Positions 13,312 to 26,545 of a stretch of DNA of 64,000 bases are shown piece after piece. The DNA comes from Oculina patagonica (taxonomy: Eukaryota). Numbering within the stretch: the stretch's first letter is position 1; the number at the start of each line of letters is the position of its first letter. The notes under the pieces are model-generated. The model did no database searches. It saw only the letters and a list, made by a program, of their open reading frames with translations, and was not told the origin of the DNA. The stretch spans positions 8,370,001 through 8,434,000 of the forward strand of contig NC_135758.1 in assembly GCF_052425735.1 (NCBI RefSeq), in the 5' to 3' direction. Both the position numbers and the translations under genes were made by a program.

Positions 13312-16300
13312 GATGTAAACTGTCCTTGGACGTGAGAGACATGTTTTTCATTTATTTAGCTATATTTCCTACGCGCACAATACGACCTATTTCAGGAGGA
13401 ACTTGCGTTCGATTTACACTTAGTTTCCTAGGATCGACTGCGTTTGAGAAATCGGGATTCTACTATGGGATATATATCGAAACTTTAAAACATACATCAA
13501 GCTCGGATTTCACTCTTGATTCCTCCAAGAGGTTATTTTTTGGTACAGTACCAGACGGTTTCCGTTGGATTCTATTCAGTAAACACATTTCGCCGAGAGG
13601 AACATGTAGTTTTCTCGTGTTTTGAGTGAATTACTACTGTAGTCAATTTTGACATTTGACCCAATGGGGTGTATATAAACATCCATGTGATGATGTGTTC
13701 TTCAACTCGGAAGATTTAGTGGGCATTCAGGCTTGAAATTACCCGAGATACTTTGGTACATTAATCAAAGATCTCTTCGAGATATCGACTTTTTTTGCAT
13801 GAGGTTAGTATGAGTAGAAGGTTTATCCTGGGCATTGTTGTTCGAACATATCATGGAAGAATTCAAACGTCTTTCAGTTCAAGCATTTTTTATTTTCGCG
13901 GAGTAAATGCTGTATTTGTCAGTCGCGACGACTGGGTGCTTTGCGACTCATATGCTTTGGCTTGGTTAAAAAAGGTAAACTTTGACGTTTGCCTTTAACA
14001 TGTTTAATCGAAATAGTCGTTTCCTTTCGAGTTAGAAAGATTTCTACTCGGCCTAATGCAGAAAAATAACGCCTGATCGCAGGTTAGGTTACGCACGACA
14101 GAGTTACCTTTTGTCTCGTCACGCAATCTTAACCCCACACTGAGAAGTAAATTTTCGTTTGGATATTACCAAAAGCCGCTTCTCCTCGCGTTATTCTTTA
14201 CCTTACAGCTACACATGCCATTTCTAACGACTACATTTCCAGCAAAACAGTTGCTGTTATTTTTCTAATTGCGATCGATGCATTTACTTCTGAACAGAAG
14301 AAACGTTTAACGTTTACTTACTACTTCCACCGGAAGTAATTTCACAACAGGCTACAAAAACACTTATAAATATCACTTAACACATTTAATGATGTTGCAA
14401 TTAGCGAAGCGCACTAATGACGTCACAGAATTTGACCCCCGGTGTGAGTCAAAATTCAAACAAACAAACCGCTCTCTGTAAGAGCAATGTATGGTTGGCG
14501 GGCACTTTGGAGGCATATTTAGCGATTGTTTCACAAAACCATGGCCAGATTGGCTCGGATTTCGAGAGAAAGCCTTACCTGTGCAACGTAGAAAGCTCAA
14601 ACCGTGGTTTAAAACAAAAGGTTTGTCAAACAGAGCGATTATTCAATAAATGTGTAAAATGTTTTACTCTCAGTTATTGAATGGATTATAAAGGTCCGAT
14701 TTGCTGCCGGGATTTGCTGAAAGAAAACATTTATTTTTATGAGAAATGCAAAACGTTTACACTGTTCTTAGTGGCACATTTTCCAACACAACAGAGCTAA
14801 CCTCAGATTTATGCCACCACAAAATTACACAAAGAAACGCTCGTCCGATCGGTCCCCTTGCCTGACCCGAATATTTTAAGAGGTCAATTTCGTTACACAA
14901 TTGTCGCGGCAAATACTATTTAATATACACTGATCGAGCTCGGCAGCTGTAGCTGCAGTCTGTAATAGTAATGGGGATAAATAACAGCTTTATTAAAATC
15001 AAACCCGCCGTCAATTCCATTAGAAAGGCGTTTGAATAGCATAATATTTTCGCCCTCTATCTATCATGTGTCGAAACAGATCGGATGACCGGCGATCAGT
15101 GCCGTCAAATTCGGGAAGAATTCTGAATTTCTTGCAACCGACGATCTTTCCGGTGCCTAAATAAAGCAATCCTTCGCAATTATATAATTTGATAGTAATT
15201 CGCTATCCGCCGCTTAAATTTCTCGGCAGCTTGAATAATTTTGCACTGGGAATCAAGGTGTTATTGCCGGATCTTCGACTAATAAATTCAATTTTGGGCC
15301 ATTTTTTGGATACCTTCAATCTGTTTTCACTTACTAAAGCAAAAATGTTTGGAATCTATCATTTTTCGAGCCTTTCGAGAACTCGGCCTCAAATTGTGTC
15401 GGTCCCCTCCATACAAAGCCTTTGCCCAAACTAAAATTGTTGTCCGACTCACGCAGAGGGGGGGGGGGGGGGGGGACTCAACTCAGCAGAAATAATCAAT
15501 TGTCACGAAATGAGTTCCCTTTGGTTAACTATTAGCAACGTTTTAGTGTGTGAAAGACTTGTACGAGTACAAATTTGCGTTGTTAATCGTTTTAGGTTAA
15601 ATTAATATTAGCGCCTAAAGACTTGTACTAGTAAAAATTGCGTTCTTAATCGTTTTAAACTTCACTCTCTTCGAGCGCTGAACCGCTTACATTCTTGATT
15701 GGTTATGTGACGTAAGATTTGGGCTACTCACGTTTTTGATTCTTATATAATGTTTGCAAATTTGACAAGTCACGTTTTTTCTACAAGAACGGAAGTGCTG
15801 AAGCACAACTATAGAGTGACACTTACAAAACGCGCGCTTTGACCACCCACAGCGGAAAGTTTTCCCTTGAGAGTTAACAAGAATGCGATCCCTTCCGGTT
15901 CAGATTTGAGTCCACTAAACGCTATTCTCCTCATTTTTGCTTGTGAACAAGCAAAAAAAGTCGAAAAAACCCAAGTTTAAGAGCCTAGATTTTTCATTTT
16001 TTGTCTTCATTTTTGCAAAATAAGAACCTATTGAAAATTTTGGGCTAAATAGATTCTTATGAAAAGGGGATTTGAAATGAAAATTGTAACTTAATAGGTT
16101 CTTAAATTTTAGGTTCTTATAGGTGGTTTTTGCTGTATTGCCACCGGCGTATAGTTATTAAAATTATGCAGAGTACTACTTGTTGATGAGTTTACTTGAC
16201 TGTGATAGAAAGGGTCGTGACGGTATCAGTCTAGAACTGAGTTTCTGACAGTTAAAACTGGAGACAGGAGAAGTTGTGCAACAGGTCTACAATAGGTCTT

Positions 16301-16441
16301 CAGAGCTGACAACGTATCAAATACACGGTGTAAACCAGTCAGTGAGCATGCAGGAACTTTCGGTACAACCCAGTGAGTTCAGTTTTCGGTGTACCTAAAA
16401 TTCAGTAATTTGATGTCACAATGCAGAAATATATTGCAGAT

Positions 16442-16684
16442 TTATGCACGTTTCAATGTTAAGCTGCAGGCGTGGGGGGAGGGGGAGGCCGGGCATAGGA
16501 GGGGCATTTGAACTTGGCTGAGATTTGTAGGTGGTCAAATAAGTCACTAAACTTCAACAAATTTTGTTGAAAAGTCCACTAAAACGGTGAAAAGTCTCCA
16601 CCAAAGGCAGACAATCGCCTGAAATCTCCTGCCTATACCCGGCCACTCCCCAAGCAGCTTAATTAACATTGGTATATGCATTAA
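16442..16684. mobile_element. Small unclassified MITE
   Basis: Imperfect inverted ends ttatgcacgtttcaatgttaagctgc...ggccgggcatagg / cctatacccggcc...gcagcttaattaacattggtatatgcattaa. Confidence 0.55.
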
Positions 16685-17012
16685 CGAATAGAAGTTTTCA
16701 TCAAGCAGTGGAAAAATGGACGTTCGCAGACTGGCGTACGACAATTCTGAATCTCACTTATTACGTTATACCTTCTAGCCCGTATGCGCTAAATTTGAAG
16801 TCGACAAACATCAGGTAACAACTTCTATGAAGAAAAATATTAACTGTTTTAGCTTTGATGTGACTGAAGTATAAGTTCATTTTATTTGCCTCCTACTAAG
16901 AGAAATCAGATTAAACTTGAAAAAACGTGATCGCGTATTTCGATCGAAAATCAGGCCCATATTTACATTAATTTGTTCATTGTATTTCATTGTCAAACAG
17001 TTCACAATAACA

Positions 17013-20000
17013 ATGGACAACGCCCAGGACAACCTGCAAGAGATTCTTCAGGCTCTTTTTATCGGCATTGCGGTGGCCTCAGTTTTGCTGCAGACACATC
17101 GATACAGTAAGGCCATTGAACTGTTTAGTGAATGCTTGATTCTTCTAAATAAACATTGCTCAAACTTACAAGAGAACAAATTGAACGAACTGTACGCGCT
17201 GGTCTGTTACAGGCTGTTTGATCTTTACTACCTTGTCGGTGACTATAGGAATGCCATCGAGAACGGCGAGAAAGCCGCTTTGTATAGCAAAATGGGTGAT
17301 CATGATTTTGAAAGCGCAGCTGCTTTGTTCGATAAACTTGGCGATTCGTATCAGTTTACTGGACAACAGGTTAAAGCCAAAGAAAGGTACGAGCAAGCAT
17401 TGACATTCCACTCGAGCGAGCTATTGATGTTTAATCTTAATGGCACACCCGATATCAAACGAAGAGAGCGTTTAAACAAAATGCTTTTAATAGCAACTAA
17501 AATTGGAGACAGGGAAAAGGAAGGATGGCTTCTTAACCAACTAGGTGGGTTGTCCTTGTCGCTTTTCGAATACGCTAAAGCTAAGGAATATTATCTAAAG
17601 GAACTTGAAATTTCGAAAGAAACTGGCAACAGAAAAGGAGAAGGAAGAGCACTTCACTGCCTTGGCAAACTGTATAGGAAAACGGAAGACTACCAAAAGG
17701 CCAAACAACATTATGTAGAGGCAATGGTAATCTTGGAGGAAGTTGGTGAAATAAAAGAGCAAGGAGCGGCCTATAGCGAGCTTGGGAGAGTATACAAAAG
17801 TCTTCGTGAATTTCAAAAAGCAAAAGCATTACAAAAGAAGGCTCTCGAAATAAGCGTGAAAAGCGGGGACAAAAACGGACAAATCATAGATTACCGACTT
17901 CTTGCTGGTGTCCACTCATCGCTAGGTGAATATGATGAAGCGAAAGAATGTTACCAAAAAGCACTCGCTATTAGTAAAGAAGTTGGTGATCGAAAAGGAG
18001 AAGCCTTGACATACAGTGATCAGGGGAATTTCTATCGCGATCTAACCGACTTTAAAAAGGCTGAGACCTGTTACAGGAAGGCATGTGAAATCCACAAAGA
18101 AATAGGTGACCAAGAAAATGAAGGAACTGAAAATAGGGAGCTTGGAGACCTCTACTGTTTTCTTGGCAAATATGAAGAGGCGAGGATTTGTCATGAAAGA
18201 GCGCTTGTTATCAAAAAACAAATTGGTGATAAAAGAGGAGAAGGGGAAGCATACTGTAACCTTGGTACTGTTTATCAATCTCTCGGAGACTATAGTACGG
18301 CAAGGGAATGTCACGAACAAGCACTTGCTATCTCCAAGGAAGCAAATCACCTCAGAGGACAAGGAGTAGATTACGGAAATCTCGGAACTGTTTGCCAGCA
18401 TCTTGGTGATTTTGTCACGGCATATGATTACTTTAAGAAGGCACTGGAGATAAACATTGGAACTGGTCACACCGAAGGAATAATTGCAGCATACAATCAC
18501 CTGGGAGTTGTTTGTCAGCATCTTGGGGAGTATTTGAAGGCCGAAAAATTTCTCCGAAAAGCGCTTGCAACCTCTAAAGAAATTGGCGATAGAAGAAAAG
18601 AAGCAAACATCTTATCCAATTTAGCAAATATACAGACAATCATTGGCGAACCTGAAAAAGCGAAAGAGTTCTATGACGAGGCACTCCTAATCAGCAAAGA
18701 AGTAGGAGACATCAGGCTAGAAGCTGTAATGAACAGTAACCTTGGAACTGTTTATCAATCTCTTGGTGATTTGACTACGGCCAAAAAGTTTCTCGAAAAG
18801 TCCCTGGTAATCGCGAAACGAATTAGAAGCAAAGATATGGAAGGCACTGATCTCGGTAACCTAGGATCCTTGTACACTTCTTTGGGTGAATTTGCTAAGG
18901 CGAGGAAATATTTCGAACAGGCATTGAAAATTGCAACACAAACCGTTGACATAAAGGGTGAAATGACAATGAACAGCAACCTGGGATCATTACACTTGTC
19001 TCAGAATGAACTTCAGAAAGCATTAGAATGTTTCGAAAGGGCACTTAAAATTTGTGAACAAATAGGAGACGTCCATGGGAAGAGCACGAGCTGTTGCAAC
19101 ATAGCAGTGGTATATATGGTGTGTCAAGATACTCCCAAAGCTCAATCGTATCTCTCAGCCAGCATTAAGAGCCTCGAAGACATGCGCGTATCAATTGGGG
19201 AGAGCGAATATTACAAGATAGGGTTTACTGACAAAAATGCTGCTCCTTATCGATTAATGATTACTGTCTTGTTGCAGTTGGGCTGCGTGAACATGGCATT
19301 GTCCATCTCGGAACTTGCACGTGCTAGATCACTAGCAGAGTTAATGGCAACTCAATATTCCTGCCAGCATTTGCCTGGGTTTGATCCCAATCGGTGGACT
19401 GACTTCGCGAATGTCATCCAAAGGAGATCGTGCACATGTCTATCATTTTGTTTTGTACACGAACATCTTTACTGTTGGATTATAAAGGCCGGCGGGGTAG
19501 AAGTTGTAACAAGTAAAGGTCTCAACGCAGACATCCGACCTCAAGGTGCATCCATTCAAGACTGGCTAGAGAATTTAGCTAACCAATCCTACAGAAAGTT
19601 CTTGCTTTTGCAAGGAGAACGCTGTGAAGATCGCTCGCTGTTTTTATGGGATAAAAATACTAAGGAAAGATCCCCATCAAAACCTGAAAAAGGTGTCACC
19701 ACTTGTCAGGTCACAGACCAGGAAGAAAAAGGAGAAAAGGAACCACAAGCTCTTAAAAATTTGTATAGCGCCATCATAGCCCCTGTTCTTAAATTTTTGA
19801 AAGGATCTGAGATGATCATCGTTCCTGATCGTTGTTTGTACAGAATTCCTTTTGCAGCGTTGATGGACGAGAGTGGAAATTATCTGTCTGAAAAGTTGAG
19901 GATTCGTTTCATTCCTTCTTTGACGACTCTCAAGCTGATCCAAGACAGTCCAGCGAACTATCACAGTCAGACAGGTGTCCTGATTGTGGGAGATCCTGAA

Positions 20001-20580
20001 GTTGGCCTCCCAGAATGCCCCCCACTTCCCTGTGCCAGAGAGGAAGCAGAGATGATCGGACGGTTACTACATGTTCGCCCTTTAACTGGAAAACAAGCCA
20101 CCAAGCAAGCTGTGCTTCAGAAGATACACTCAGTGAGTCTTATTCACATCGCTGCACACGGCAATGCCGACAGAGGAGATATCGCCTTAGCCCCTGCCCA
20201 GCATATAAAAGGCAAACCGAAGAAGGAAGACTTTGTACTGACAATGTCCGATATCTCAAAAGTTCAGCTGCGAGCCAAGCTGGTCGTGTTAAGCTGTTGT
20301 CACAGTGGACTTGGACAAATCAAAGCTGAGGGTGTTGTTGGAATCGCTCGAGCGTTCTTAGGATCTGGTGCACGCTCCGTGTTGGTGTCTCTGTGGGCTG
20401 TGGACGACAGTGCAACGATGCAGTTTATGAAGCAATTCTATGGTCCGTGGGAAGAGTGCCGGTGAGTCTCTCCATGAGACTATGAAATGGATGAGAAGAA
20501 GTCCACAATACTGTGAAGTGAGAAAGTGGGCACCATTCATGCTGATTGGAGATGATGTGTCATTTAAGTTCAAAAAGTGA
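17013..20580 (+). pseudogene. TPR-CHAT protease copy 2 (type B), frameshifted near the C-terminus
   Basis: ATG at 17013 ([18 protein letters not shown]) matches the paralog starts. The ORF is open through the TPRs and both catalytic motifs. An 8-bp deletion at ~20443 (tatgg[acacttgg]tcc, TGG microhomology) gives a stop at 20465. The lost ~40 aa (...[18 protein letters not shown]) remain out of frame up to TGA 20578-20580. Confidence 0.85.
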
Positions 20581-22680
20581 ATGTAAGTGCTGAGTTTCAT
20601 GTTTTATGGCCTTAAAGTGATGTACATAGTTATTGAATGTAGGAGATATATGTAGCAGTTATGCTGGTCCAATGGTAATATTGGAGGTGATGTGTCATTT
20701 AAATTCAGGAAATTAATGTAGAATGAGCGTAGACTGAGCTATGATTTGTTTGTGGTGCACTCGGATTATAGTGCGACTGCTTAAGCAACTTAGGACACCC
20801 AAAATATTCTGTATAAGTTTTTTTGTTATCGATTTTCAAAATGATATGTGATCTTACAACCTGTACACTACACAACTGATACAACTGAGTTCGTTTTCAT
20901 CTTTTTAATACACACTGTATAAGTCAAGTTGCAGAAAACGTTATTGGAATGGGTAGTTTGTTTTGAGTAACCACACAGTAGATGATCATGTAGGAAGTAT
21001 ACCCAGTGTATATGCTGTCTATACACGGTATGCTCAGGTTGTTGTACGTGGCTTGAGTTTGAAGCGGAAATTTAAAATATTTCAATCTATTCATCGTCGC
21101 GGCCGCCATCATTTTAAAACGTTGCTTTGAATGCAACTGTGACAAACAAAGCGTGAAAGATAATATTTTCAGGAAATTCAATGCGAAATAATTTTGATAT
21201 ATTTATGCCGGCCATACATTTGTATGTAGGCCGATCAGGTTGGAATATTGACAATATTTAAGGACTGTTATTTTACATTCGAAACGGCCTAAACAAAGAC
21301 TGCATTATTTCGTTCCATGTTTGCCTTAATTGCGAAATGGTGGTCGTGACTATCACAGACATGTCGTTGCGACCGATTGGCATCATTTTAAAACTTTTAA
21401 AGTACGTAGCTGAGGACAAAGTTAAGTACAAGTTAGTACAGCTTGGCAACTTGTTAAAATATAGTTAAATTTAATGCGCACTTTTGATCATGCAGAATGC
21501 GTGAATAATTGTATCTGAACCGACCAGTTTGTTTTATCTGCTCTGATCATCAGTTCAGGAGAACAATTAAGAAACTTAAAATTGGATCATTTTGCTGAAA
21601 GATTTTAAGACGGGCTTTTAAGTTGTTGTATTATTTTTTTTATTGCCACCTTGAATCGATAAAGAAGCCCAATGTCCAGCTGTGAGTACAGACAAAAAGC
21701 TTCCTACTTGCTTTCTCAGTTTTACAATGTTCTTTATAATTTTGTAACGTAGTTTGCTGTGTGTCATTTTGTATCAGCACTGAGCAAGCAGCATCCAATT
21801 AAAACATTGAGAAGATTTACAACCAGGAAACGAAACGCATACATGTGAACCAAAAAAGCAATGCTACTCTTACTCTTGTTTACCGTAGCTTACATCAGAA
21901 TATGCAAATTTATTTCCTCCGAACGCGACGCCCACGCAGTTGATATACACTCTTTTCTTTTTATAAGAATATTGTTTTTCTGGCCCAGGCTGAATAGATT
22001 ATAGCATTGAGATTTCTGTTTTAGAATGTACTGGAGTTATGTGAATACCTTCCTGCAGAAATGCTATTAGCATCAAACGTACGTGCTGCTTTTGTTGTTT
22101 TGGCCTCCTTTCTGAAAAGTGAATGGACAAGTGACCCAAAATGAGGCCAGCGCCTCCTTCTGATGAGACAAGCGTCCCAAAAACAGGCCAGCGCTTCCTT
22201 TCTGATAACCTCAATCAATCTTAACCAAATATAAATAAAAACTGGCCCAGTGGTTTTGTAATCAGCGAAAACTTTATACAGACAGCTACCAATGTTCAAA
22301 TAAAAGAATCTGCCCGAAGTAAAACAGTGTTCCGCCCATGTTCCAGTACACTCTTGCCTATAAAGACTATAAACAGCTTACCATCAATTGCAAAACGAAC
22401 AATTATTCTGAAAGTTTAGCAAAAAATGAAACGAGGTCCAGAACAGTACGATTAATGCGGCAATGGCCTTGCATGTATATGTTGTAGTTTAATTTTTACC
22501 TCTGGTTTAAATTTTTTCAAACCAGTTTGAACTTTTTAAACTGGTTTCATTTTTTTGTACTGGTTTCAATTTTTCCAAATGTTTATGGCTATCACACAGT
22601 AGAGTTAACATTTGCAGTAATGCTTCTTTACCAAGACTGAGGCTCTGCAGTGTCTGACATGAGGGCCATTGTATATGCTT

Positions 22681-22780
22681 ATTAGGGTTAACCACTTATT
22701 TGAGTCATTAAGGTTAAGCACTCAGTTTAGTGATTAGGGTTAAGCACTCAGTTTAGTGATTAGGGTTAAACACTCAGTTT
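22681..22780. repeat. 26-bp minisatellite (~4 copies) containing TTAGGG
   Basis: attagggttaagcactcagtttagtg units start at 22681, 22707, 22733 and 22759. Confidence 0.8.
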
Positions 22781-24137
22781 GCTTGCGGTTAGCTTTTATT
22801 TGAGGTTAGGGGCACTACACACCAAAGTCCCCATAAACCTTTTCTGAAACATTTATGAAGACATACAGAAAGGCTAAGTAAAAATAACCGCGTCTACCCG
22901 AAATAGGAATTGTGTTATAAATAGTGTTCTATACTATACTAAACCATTCGAAAATTTAAAAGGGTCCACTAAAACTTCCCGCCATAGCTAAAACTAAATC
23001 TAAACTTCCGTAAGCTGGATCTAAGACTGCACAAGAGTAATAATCAATATGGATCAACTTCCCCTCGTCTAGGAAATATAGAACAATGTTGACCCCCTTG
23101 AATCCTTCAAGATTCAGTTCGAGCGACTTAAGACTCGAACGTAAAGATCTAACCCAAAAGGCAATACAGTAAGCTCAAAATACCTAAACTAAGCGTCACC
23201 TGAAAATTACCACACGAAAACCTAACAATATGAATGTGCGATGATCTGGGTGTGAATAGCTATATAGGTGATAGGTGTAAGCCACTTGGACCAAACAAGA
23301 CCATAAATACTCCCTTTTAGAATAGGGCAAAGTGATATTCCCGTCTTCACACTAAATCCTTTGTTTCATAAAATGTTTATCTCTTCTTCCATAGGGTTAA
23401 ATCGAAACCCTAAAGGGTAAACCCGGTAAAATGTAAAGGCACTAAATAGCTTATCTACAAATTCAGAATGGTGCAAAGATGAAAAATTTCAGAGGGAATC
23501 TTTTTGAAAGGAAGACGATAAACATCTAAAATAACTGATACAATAATCTCTGAGACGCCTAAAAATACCAGAAATGTATATTTCTTCTCAGACTGCCCTT
23601 AACTTGCAACACACCTGGTCTAGTTGAAACTTCATGCTCATATCTGACTTCTGTGTTACCTCATTCAATTCGTCAAACAGATCGTCATTACCAATATCTT
23701 TTCGATGCCCCGTCATTGCGCACTCCTGATGCCGGCGGGCTTAGTGGATGCGGCACTGCTCCAGTAATGGGAAGTTCAACTACTTTAGTTTTACTGCAGT
23801 CTGCAAAAGGTTCCGAACCTGCAGTCCTTGGTCCACTGTCCGACGTTTGAAATAAAAACTGACACCTGCAACACATTCTGTTCGGACAAAAAACATGTAT
23901 AAAATTGACAAGCAATCAATTAGACAAGATAACAAAAACGAAATGGGCGGGCGGGTTTACAACTTCAATGTTAGCATGGAATGCGAGAGCGAGAGGACTA
24001 AACAACTCTGAACAGTCAATAAATACCTAATCAAACCAATCAGGGATACCCAAGGGACACGCCCAAGCGGCGTGTCATACACAGCGAAATAAATAACCAA
24101 AAACCTGCTAATGAACTGTATTGACCGCATACCAGTA

Positions 24138-24616
24138 GAATATACATATTTTGTTTCCCGAGAATCATAATGTTTGCCGAGAGGGAGCCGAGGGAATCAA
24201 TGAGATTCGAGGGAAACAAAATTAACTGGCCTTCCAAGGGACTAGTGATTTGTTATATAGCACAACTAAGACATTAGAAGATTCACATGCAACGATGGTC
24301 GTCGGTCAACATTCGCAGGGCAACAGTGCACTGTTACCCTGTAACGTCGTAGATTTTACAATGTTGCAGGCTCAGAGAACGCTCAGAGAACGCTCAGAGA
24401 CCAATGCAGGAAACAGTTTTATTGATAGATGTCATGTGACCTCGAAGTTGCCAATGAGAGCGCGCGTGGGTGAGAAAAAATTCCAGCTCAGGAAACCAGT
24501 TTATTTTGTTTTCCTCGAATCTCAATGTTTCCCTCAGCTTTGCCTCGAGAAACATTGAGATTCTCGGGAAACAAAAGTAACTGTTTCCCTCGGCACAAGT
24601 CGTGAAGTGTTTAATA
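24138..24616. mobile_element. Small non-autonomous element with hairpins at both ends (Crypton-like, tentative)
   Basis: Each end is an imperfect palindrome (tgtttcccgagaatc...gattcgagggaaaca; tgttttcctcgaatctcaatgtttc...gaaacattgagattctcgggaaaca), and the two ends are similar to each other. Boundaries are approximate. Confidence 0.55.
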
Positions 24617-24910
24617 GAGACTACCGCCTCTTTAAACAATGCCAAATATATTTTGATCAGGGATTCTTGTTTATTTTTACGGTCCCATTTTACATAGCGA
24701 AAGGAAGCACAAAACTAAACAAGGACACACGTTGAATGAGTTTTAACTTATATTTAATCTCGAGCCCAAAGTGCTCCGGACTGAATACGCCTTGGAGAGT
24801 ATTTGACAAGAGGACAACAAAATATGTTTATTTAAACAATTTTAAGAATATGACAGTCGAAACAAACAAAACTGAAATACTAAATTTTACATAGGATTCC
24901 AGTAAGCCTT

Positions 24911-25420
24911 AAGGTTTCCAAAGCAAACCAAACCCTTGGCTTTCTGCGTGGAAATCTTGGCAACTGTCCTGAATCAGTTAAAGAGTTAGCTTATAAAGCA
25001 CTAGTGAGACCTCATCCAGAATACGCAAGCCCGGTGTGGGATCCCTGGATGGACAAACATGTAAACCAAATACACTCTGTCCAAAGGCGAACCGCACGAT
25101 TTGTGTACTGTTGGCAGCGAACACCTGGAACTGTCACAAATTTACTTAACAATCTGGATCTCCCTTTCAAACAGAGGGAAATCTGCCCGCATCCATAGTG
25201 ATCAGCATTAGAATCGAATTAGAAATCCCATGCTAAATCAAAAGGCGCAATTGTCAACTTCGATCTTTTTGCAAAGACAGGTTCATCGAACTAACACCGA
25301 ATTCTGAAACAAAAGGAAACTTATTTTATTGTAGAACTGTAAAAGAATGGAACGCCTTAAAAAACGTTGTTTTAGATGTAACCAAATGTCAGTTATTTAA
25401 GAAAGCGCTTAGATTATATT
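24911..25420 (+). mobile_element. 5'-truncated, decayed LINE (CR1/L2-type) ORF2 C-terminal fragment
   Basis: Translates KVSKANQTLGFLRGNLGNCPESVKELAYKALVRPHPEYASPVWDPW...IHSVQRRTARFV, matching the post-RT motifs KAN..LGFLRRN / VRP.LEYAS.VW.P / E.VQRRA.R. Confidence 0.85.
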
Positions 25421-25567
25421 ATTGAAATTTTAACTAGAATCTTATTTCTACTCTTAATTAACAAGGATATTTAGGTATCTAAATTGTGTAGATTTTTGAT
25501 AATGTGATGTCCCTCCCCCCCTCAAAGATGTAGAAATAATATTATTATATGTGCTAAATAATATTAA

Positions 25568-26354
25568 GGGCCCACTGACGGATTTCTCGCGCGTTGCTAA
25601 GGTGCTAAAAGAGCGCGCGCTGAATTGCGTGTACAGGTTACTCACGCTATCTGTCCGCGCCAGATGTGCAAAAAAATTTCCTTTCGAGCACTTCTTCAAA
25701 CTCGCCAAATAAGATGAAACAATAAGAACTACCGAAAACCTTCCTGACTAATAGTTGACTTCACATCTGAGAATCAGTCAGATTAAATTGAACCAGGAAA
25801 AGCAGTTTTTTTACACATGCAAATAATCTCAAAAGCGTACGCGTACAACTAGCGCGCGCACTGTTCTCTTGTCAGATGAATTACGCATGCGTTAACAAAA
25901 TGATTTCCGGTTTGCAGAAAAAATCTAAATACTTGGCGGTCTTTTATTTGATTCACTTTTTTTCGACGTTATATTTTTCCGACCTGGGTCGGGAACATAA
26001 CTAAGTATTCATTTGCTTAAATCATTTTTAATAAAAATTTTATGGACAAATCAATATTTTAAATCTCTCTAAAAAAAATTATTTTCCATAATGAAATGAA
26101 ACCCATACTTACCAAGATACAAAAACAAATAAAGATCATGACACTATGTATGATTTTCTGATAACATGCAAAACATCAAAAAGTTTAGACTTTTTCTTTA
26201 TTGGTCACGTGATCATGGGCGTGGCCCGATGACGTCATATTTACGTTATGGACTTAGTAAAAGATTCAACCATAACTAAACAAGAAAAATTGCTAAAACT
26301 TTATAACCGTGAATGTCCCTAGCAACGGGTCCAAATATATACGTCAGTGGGCCC
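25568..26354. mobile_element. Kolobok-like MITE (TTAA TSD)
   Basis: TTAA|GGGCCCACTGACG ... CGTCAGTGGGCCC|TTAA. Purine termini with a TTAA TSD fit Kolobok better than piggyBac, whose termini are CC/YY. Confidence 0.85.
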
Positions 26355-26545
26355 TTAAGTCAACAAATAAAGAAGGTGTTGTGAATGGGGTTTAATTTCA
26401 CTTAATGCGCCTTTTGCTAAAACAAATCAGATCACACTTTGCAAAGTGTGAATGGTTAAGTAAATTTCAGGCCCATATTTACATTAATTTGTTTATTGTA
26501 CTTTATGTTAGCTTGTCCGGACAAGGCTCGCCGTCGCTGTTTATA

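Noticed and set aside
16917-17012. N-terminal extensions from the ORF track (starts at 16917 and 26405)
   Set aside because: Not conserved among paralogs, and they overlap pyrimidine-tract/AG acceptor-like sequence. The homologous ATGs are at 17013 and 26546.
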